Origin: Eledone cirrhosa
Taxonomy: Eukaryota
DNA length: 64,000 nucleotides
Assembly: GCA_964016885.1 (NCBI GenBank)
Contig: OZ024759.1
Coordinates: 31,000,001 to 31,064,000 of the forward strand
Direction: 5' to 3'
Shown here: positions 57,333-64,000 of the stretch, piece after piece
Layout: each line of letters begins with the position of its first letter
How positions within the stretch are numbered: position 1 is the first letter of the stretch
Made by a program: the position numbers and the translations under genes
Notes under the pieces: model-generated
Seen by the model: only the letters and a program-made list of their open reading frames with translations
Told to the model about the DNA's origin: nothing
Database searches by the model: none

Positions 57333-58154
57333 ATGATAAGAGCTCATAACAATAGTACTAATCATATAAATCAGTGTAGTTTACATGTAGAAAGAGAAAA
57401 CATGAAGATAAGTTGTCTTTCGAGGAATTAGTTTCGTCAAATTGCTTCCTAAAATCCAGCACATGGGTTTATTTCGTCTTTCATCCTTCCCAGGTTGATA
57501 ATAATATTACAAGTGAAGGACGCGGACCGATGTAATCTCCTAGACCATTACCCTATATCCATCTGCACATATTCCAAATGGTTCTTATAATACGCATTTC
57601 CATAAATGTTATGTATAGGAATATTGGTTATTGGTTAAACAATATGTTCTTTATGGTTTTACCTAAGGGGGCTTTACTGTTCTATTGTGTGTGTGATATT
57701 CTTGATTCAACGATGTTTAAATAAACCACTGGCAATGTCAAAAGCATATGCTCTCCTGTAAATGTTTGCTTCAATATTGTATGATGTTTCCACAGCTGTT
57801 GCAGCTATTGAAACTATTTTAATTTTTCTTCTTTTATTTTGTTCGTAGTGGGAGGAAGATTGTCTTTTAGATTTTATGTAGCTTAATTTGACTTCTTCAA
57901 ATTTGCATTGACTGTTCATCGCCATATATAATGGATCGGCTGCAGTAGGTATTTTTCATAATGCGTATTTCATAATTGAATTATTGATTTCCTACGTGAT
58001 GATAATATATTTTCTTCGATCGTCTGCATGTTTAAATGTCGTACACTTATTTGTGTGATTTCTGGTGTGTCCATATTTCTCATTGATTTGCACCCGAGTT
58101 CAAGCCCCTGCCTTAGCTGATTTTCCTGAAACTCACACCTCATCCTCTGCTATT

Positions 58155-58259
58155 GAATCCAGGAATTGGCAACGGCAATGAGCGACAGACCCACGTGGAG
58201 ATGAATTGTTGAGTCCATTTCGGCTGAGGCCGTCGGATGATGATGATGATGATGATGAT
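58155..58259 (+). mobile_element. RTE LINE 3' stub with (GAT)n tail
   Basis: Translates ELATAMSDRPTWR*IVESIS, then (GAT)n. Confidence 0.5.
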
Positions 58260-59002
58260 ACTTCTCATCGTAATAGATAGTAGCGTAGCGTGTGTTTATT
58301 TTATTTTTTTATTGAATGAGAAGGGAGGGAAAGCAAGCATTAATTTCATGATTAGTGTGGGCTTTCTTTGTTGAAAGTATGATGCTGTTGAAGAAGTTAA
58401 GGTGGAAGAAACCTGGTCTATGGAAGCGGTCGAGATCGAAATTGGAAGTGGCTGGTTAGTACCGACAACGGCAAGCATTAGAAACAGTATTCCGAAGGTA
58501 TAGAACGTCAGTGAGCCAATATTTATAGCTTATTAATGTGTGAACGATTTTCATTTTCCCATATAGCAGTCTTTTTTATCAAGTCTACGGTGATTGTATG
58601 TATAAAAGCAACACGTTCTTAGAAATGTTAGCATGGCTTCAATCTGAATGGTAGCCCTGGAAATAATCAGTGAAATAAGCAAATCTGAAATAAATAAGAG
58701 AAAAATGGTTTTGTAGTTTTCAGGTTCTTATAAGAAGCAACCATTAACTATAATTCTAGGTTAAGACACCTTTCAACTTTTCAGAGTTTTTTTTCTCTTC
58801 AAATCTTCTTACGTTGCAACTTTGCATTGCAAAGTTATTTCCTTCATACGCAGAGCGATTGAATACTTAACTTGAATAAATTGCAGAATATCTGGAGGTC
58901 CCTGCTTGTTACTTTCAGAATCATTTCGTTTGGAAAAGAAGGGTGGTTTAGGTCATTTACAATGTAGGGTGATAGTGAAAAACAGATATGTATATATAGA
59001 TA

Positions 59003-59492
59003 TATTTCTTTATTAGCCACAGGGGCACAAAAGAAGGGGACAAATACAAAGGGGGAAGTTTACATACAATAAAAACGTGTAAAATGTTATCACAGATGGA
59101 ATTTAAAAGTTAGTCGATTTTCCCCAATAGCGGGAGACAGTTTATATGGGTAACACATACCCCCGAAAAAAAATGTGCAACCCTCATCTCCAGGAGTACG
59201 AAGAGCTTGTACTCCTTTCCTCTCCTCCTCCTTTTCCACAACCTACAGGCTGATATAGAGAGAAGGCCCATTCACTCGGGCCATTCTCGCCACTTTCACC
59301 CACCTTTCATAAAACTTGCTGAGGTACAGCACCTCTCTCTCCATCCTGATTATTCTTCCAAAGTGGTATTTGAAAAAAAGAATCAGTTGTTGGCCGGAGA
59401 GAAAGGTGTCTGACCTCAGCCCTTTCAACCTTGTCCACCATACAACCTCTTTCGCCATAGCTATCACACAAAGGAAAACCGCCTCTCCTTCG
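59003..59492 (-). mobile_element. Tx1/L1-like LINE 3' end
   Basis: AVFLCVIAMAKEVVWWTRLKG...IRMERE...FYERW resembles a Tx1 ORF2 C-terminus. 3' UTR has AATAAA at 59014-59009. The 5' end abuts (GATA)n at 59496-59613. Confidence 0.6.
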
Positions 59493-59496
59493 TTTT

Positions 59497-59609
<113 letters not shown>

Positions 59610-59945
59610 AGATAAGGAGAATGACAGAGAGGGCGAGAATAAGTGGGAGATGGAGAGGTGGGAGTATCCACTAGTTACAATCTTTCAGTTTCTCATTTCT
59701 ATTCAAATCATGCCCCGATAATACGCCTTTTATGGTTACAATAATATTCTCTCATCAGAAGCGATGCTTACAACATATTTCACAAGAATATTCTCTTTCT
59801 AGCTCTCAGTTAATTGAATTAAGATGGCCCCAAGCATTTCAAACCTCATATTATATAAGAGGAATCACTGACCTAAAGTTTCGTTGAGGTCAATTGTACC
59901 CTTCATATTCCCGGGGTTGATAAAATAAAGTAACAGCGAATGTAA

Positions 59946-60124
59946 TAATTGTTTCTACTTTAGGCACAAGGCCAGCAAATACCCAGTGCAATACTGGTAC
60001 TTTATTTTATCGACCCCGTAAGGATGAAAGGCAAAGTCAACCTCGGCGGGATTTGAACTCAGATCGTAAAGGGACGTAACTATGATGGAAAGCATGGCGT
60101 CCGACCCTCTACCGATACTGCCAA
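59946..60124 (-). mobile_element. tRNA-derived SINE, nested next to an older opposite-strand core (59885-59935)
   Basis: SINE motifs present. Confidence 0.85.
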
Positions 60125-60477
60125 ATAATATTCACATTACGATTGTAAAATATACAAAAAGGAAGTTGTATTATTTAAATACGAGATTAGGCTGACTATG
60201 AAGGGATGATGCTAAAGCTGTGAAATCTTGGATGAATTAATTTCAACTCTTCTTATTAAAAACTGTATTGTTTCTCTCCAGAGAATAGCTTGAAAAATCT
60301 TGGTCAGCCTATGAGCTATTCAGACTTCCTTTGTGTGTGTATATATATATATAGGAAAGAAGAGTCAGGACTCCTGGTGGTCGTGACTCACTCTTTTCCT
60401 ATTACCCACTCTACTGCCCTAAGTATTGAGTGCTCTGGTGCGTTATGGTCCACCTGGTATTTTACCACCCTTCTTTG

Positions 60478-60765
<288 letters not shown>

Positions 60766-61758
60766 GGTTATATAATGAAAAGAACGATTGACATATATAT
60801 AAATAAATACACCAAAAATTTACAGGAAATAATTTGTAAAGAATGTAAGAATGTATAGTTACTAAAGGTAGCACATTAAATACTTGGCATTAATTATTTA
60901 TACTCCTTCATGCATATTCCATTATTGCTTTAGAAATATGTTTCAGTATTAAATAGTGAAGTTCGGAGCTGTGAAGTGTTGCATGAAGTGTTGCAACTTT
61001 TCTTATTAATAACTGCATTGTTCCTTTCGAGGAAGTATATTGAAAAATAAACCTCATTTGGTAATTCCATGAGAGTATCTTGATCAGCCTATGAACTGTT
61101 TAACTTACCCTTGTATTTTCTTAAAGTAAATTTTATTTTAAACAAAAGAGTAATCCGTTTTTTATTTTATTTTTGAGTAGATGAAATAAAGGTTTAATTA
61201 AGTTTTTGAATGGAAAAAAAACAGCTTAGATATTCTTTTTCTCTTTATTCTGAAGAAATAATCCGTGGCATTTACTTCAGGGAATCCTGTAATGAATTTT
61301 CGTAGTTGCCAAAAGAAAAAAAAGTGTCGAAAAACTGATTTCTCTAAATTAACAAACCGTAACTCTGCGTGACATCTAGAGATGAAATATTTACAGTTAT
61401 TAGTTACTATGTTGCATTTCTAGCACTTACAAAATGTACTTAAGATAAATATTTAATCAATCTAACGATTCGTGCCATATATAATAGTATTCATGTTTTG
61501 ATCTATCGATGGCTACTGTTAGTATTTTGGTTAATATGAGTTGGAATAGAAATCGTGACTCTTAGCCTCTTTTGACATTAACTACAACCACACATTAAAT
61601 CCCTGATGGCGCCTCGGTTGTTCAACAATGTATGAGCGACTTTGCAACACGCATTTTTTTACTTTATTAATTATCAGCCCATGTAATTAGAAATTACGTA
61701 TACAATATAAAACTCTAGTGTATCAAGAATCTTTTGAATTTTCTTTTTCTCAACGAAT

Positions 61759-61891
<133 letters not shown>

Positions 61892-61896
61892 ATATA

Positions 61897-62506
61897 TGTC
61901 AGGTCACCAGTTGGTGCTACTGGTAACATGTATTCCAGTACAACCTGTCCCATGGTCGGGTCGTTGTCGACTAAACTGGCAACCCTACCAAGGTTTCTTG
62001 GTGAGGAGGGCGACTTTGGACATCCTGCAGGACTAAAAACAAAACCTGTCAAAGGGCAAAGGACCTCTTAAGAGTCAATGGCCATCCAAAATCATCGGGA
62101 GAGATGACCCCTTAGCCTTTGTCTAGGCAGAATTCTAGGAGAAGGAAAACTCTGATATAACACCTGCAACCCTGGTGGTATCCAATGATGTTGACTTGTT
62201 CTTCTTTCTGGTAAATATCATCTTGGTTAAGAGAGTGGGACTGGCTTTGTGCAGTGCCTTTGCTCACTATAAAAGCTTCACGGCACAGGCATTGCTTTAT
62301 ATCTGGAGATCTCTCTGCACTTGTCGTCACATGGTACCATGGGCCCAGCACTATGTGTCAATAATTGTCACAAGTGTAGTGTTTGTACCAGAGTTTTCAA
62401 TACGCTGGCTGGACTAAAAAGTCACACTCGTTCAGAGCATCGGTAGGGGTTCTCCTACATGGATATAAAGTAGTGGCCGTACTCGAAAACGAGTTGGCAG
62501 CCACCA
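61897..62506 (+). mobile_element. Discrete ~610-bp TG...CA element, copy 3
   Basis: Same termini and high identity to the other copies, (TA)n on both sides. Confidence 0.75.
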
Positions 62507-62515
62507 TATACACAC

Positions 62516-62617
<102 letters not shown>

Positions 62618-62842
62618 ATCTCTCTCTCTCTCTCCTTTCTCTTTCTCTCTCCTCCATCCTTCTTATACTATTCCTCCGTTATCCTTTCCTTCTTTTTTCC
62701 TTTCTTCCTTTCCTTCCTTTTCCCCCTTTCTTCCCTTTTTTCTAATCTTCTATATCCTTTTAAATTTATTTATCATATGTTGATGAGACACTACCTTGTT
62801 CACAAGTGTTTTTTTTTAATCATCATATCATGTCTCCCTATT

Positions 62843-62902
62843 TTATCTGATGAGAACGCAAATATCGTCCCAGGATGATATTTGTTTTTGAAATGCGCAT
62901 AA
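62843..62902 (+). ncRNA. Degenerate hammerhead-like motif in a Penelope-type pLTR end
   Basis: ttat-CTGATGA-gaacgcaaatatcgtcc(ca)ggatgatatttgttttt-GAAA-tgcgc-ataa, then AATAAA. The cleavage triplet is non-canonical. Confidence 0.45.
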
Positions 62903-62914
62903 TAAAATACGTGG

Positions 62915-63029
62915 AACTTTTTTAACCATCTTTTAATTTCTTCTTATATATATATATATATATATAAGAAGAAATTAAAAGATGGTTAAAAAAGTTAAAA
63001 CATCATATTGGGTTCTCTGACCGTATAAT

Positions 63030-63089
<60 letters not shown>

Positions 63090-63121
63090 ATTATACGGTC
63101 AGAGAACCCAATATGATGTTT
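62915..63121. repeat. Two abutting perfect palindromes, each centred on (TA)n
   Basis: Arms 62915-62944/62967-62996 (30 bp) and 62998-63033/63086-63121 (36 bp). Confidence 0.95.
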
Positions 63122-63588
63122 AAAAATCGATATCTTGCTAGAAATCAATAACGTGTTTTAAACTAATATAGAATGTGGATGAGAGTGTGTGTCTATGGGG
63201 AAACTGGAAGGAGTTTTGTAGAAGTACAATATTTATGGACGCTTTTTTTATTTGATAAATATATTATTATGATTTTTTTCTTTTTTAAACAAGATGTGTG
63301 GAGCTTCAAAGGGAAAGAGATATCCATTAAACGATGTCATTGGGTCCCTATTGAACTCAATTAAAAACTCTATTTACTTTAGAAAACATGAAATATATTT
63401 ATATCTTGCTGTCGAAATTTTTTAGTTAATTTTGTTTTCAATCAACTCACACCACGCAACAAAATTCTTTGTTTTTGTGATGTGACCTGTAATGTATGCT
63501 ACAGTGCCGGTACTAATTGAAATGTTTTATTCATTTCGCTGTCCATTTATATTCATACCCAGAGAAGGGTGTTGCTTATTATTTAGTG

Positions 63589-63660
63589 CAGGCATGGGCA
63601 ACCTTTTTCGAGAAGCAGGCCGCATGAGATATGGCTCATCATCAGGCGGGTTGCGAGCGC
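63589..63660 (+). mobile_element. Left end of a hAT (Charlie-like) DNA transposon or MITE
   Basis: CAGGCATGGGCAACCT terminus after a TA-centred octamer (atttagtg). No matching right TIR seen in the window. Confidence 0.45.
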
Positions 63661-63865
63661 TATTTTATATTCGTGCCCACATTAAAAAAGGGGCGGTAAC
63701 TCAGGTTGTTTTGATTTGTTTCTTCAGAATTCGTCCACGTTGTTTTCCTCGATCTTAAAAATGATAGAAAGATAAATTACGACTGAAACGTTGGGGTAAA
63801 AAAATTCAGAAAGATTTCACTTAGGTGACTTAGGCGAGCCATTCAGAAAGCTTATATATATTTAT

Positions 63866-64000
63866 ATATATTTCGTTTCTGAATTTGTTTAGCAAGATTC
63901 TTTATCTGAAAACGTGTGTTGAAACCAATATTGTTATACTTTGGGAGGGTCATGTTGCCAATAAGAAACACACGCACCAGTTGCTTCACTCCAATTTATT
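63866..64000 (-). repeat. Dispersed repeat family E (probable Penelope 3' end), cut by window edge
   Basis: Near-identical to 23392-23525. Confidence 0.6.

Larger units (their letters stand above)
50700..57925 (-). pseudogene. Highly decayed SLC45-family (MFS sugar/H+ symporter-like) pseudogene
   Basis: Collinear minus-strand remnants: 57925-57700 IVSIAATAVETSYNIEAN then, after a frameshift, TGEHMLLTLPVVYLNIV (cf. [28 protein letters not shown]); ~55750-55530 weak TM5-6; 54618-54430 LCSLNCGTSAHKICHVFILSEFLG..NG ending at CAG/GTAAAA (cf. LCxxNLFCWMAHVCYSLYFTDFVG); 51100-50790 FEIANTFGPKCI, ILLSIGL, MEYIIQ. Many stops. Reference motifs recalled from memory. Confidence 0.5.

Overview
Eukaryotic, very AT-rich, microsatellite-saturated animal DNA, most likely an octopus genome (inferred from the SINE types and repeat landscape, not proven). 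I find no intact host gene. Almost all ORFs in the supplied track are translations of (TA)n, (CA)n, (CT)n, (CAT)n or (GGT)n. The window contains: (1) about 15 copies of a tRNA-derived SINE with a Meta-like core, plus one CORE-type SINE; (2) 3' fragments of several LINE clades (RTE, CR1/L2-group, Tx1/L1) and two restriction-like-endonuclease elements, a Dong/R4-like copy sitting in (TAA)n and a CRE-like copy ending at (TA)n; (3) many Penelope-like pLTR fragments from at least six families carrying hammerhead-ribozyme cores, one attached to a GIY-YIG remnant, several as inverted repeats and mostly ending in (TA)n; (4) three copies of a discrete ~610-bp TG...CA element in TA-rich microsatellite; (5) a 20-copy 34-bp minisatellite grown out of a SINE core; (6) a heavily decayed minus-strand SLC45-like transporter pseudogene at about 50.7-57.9 kb. 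All family assignments are from motif recognition by eye and need database confirmation.
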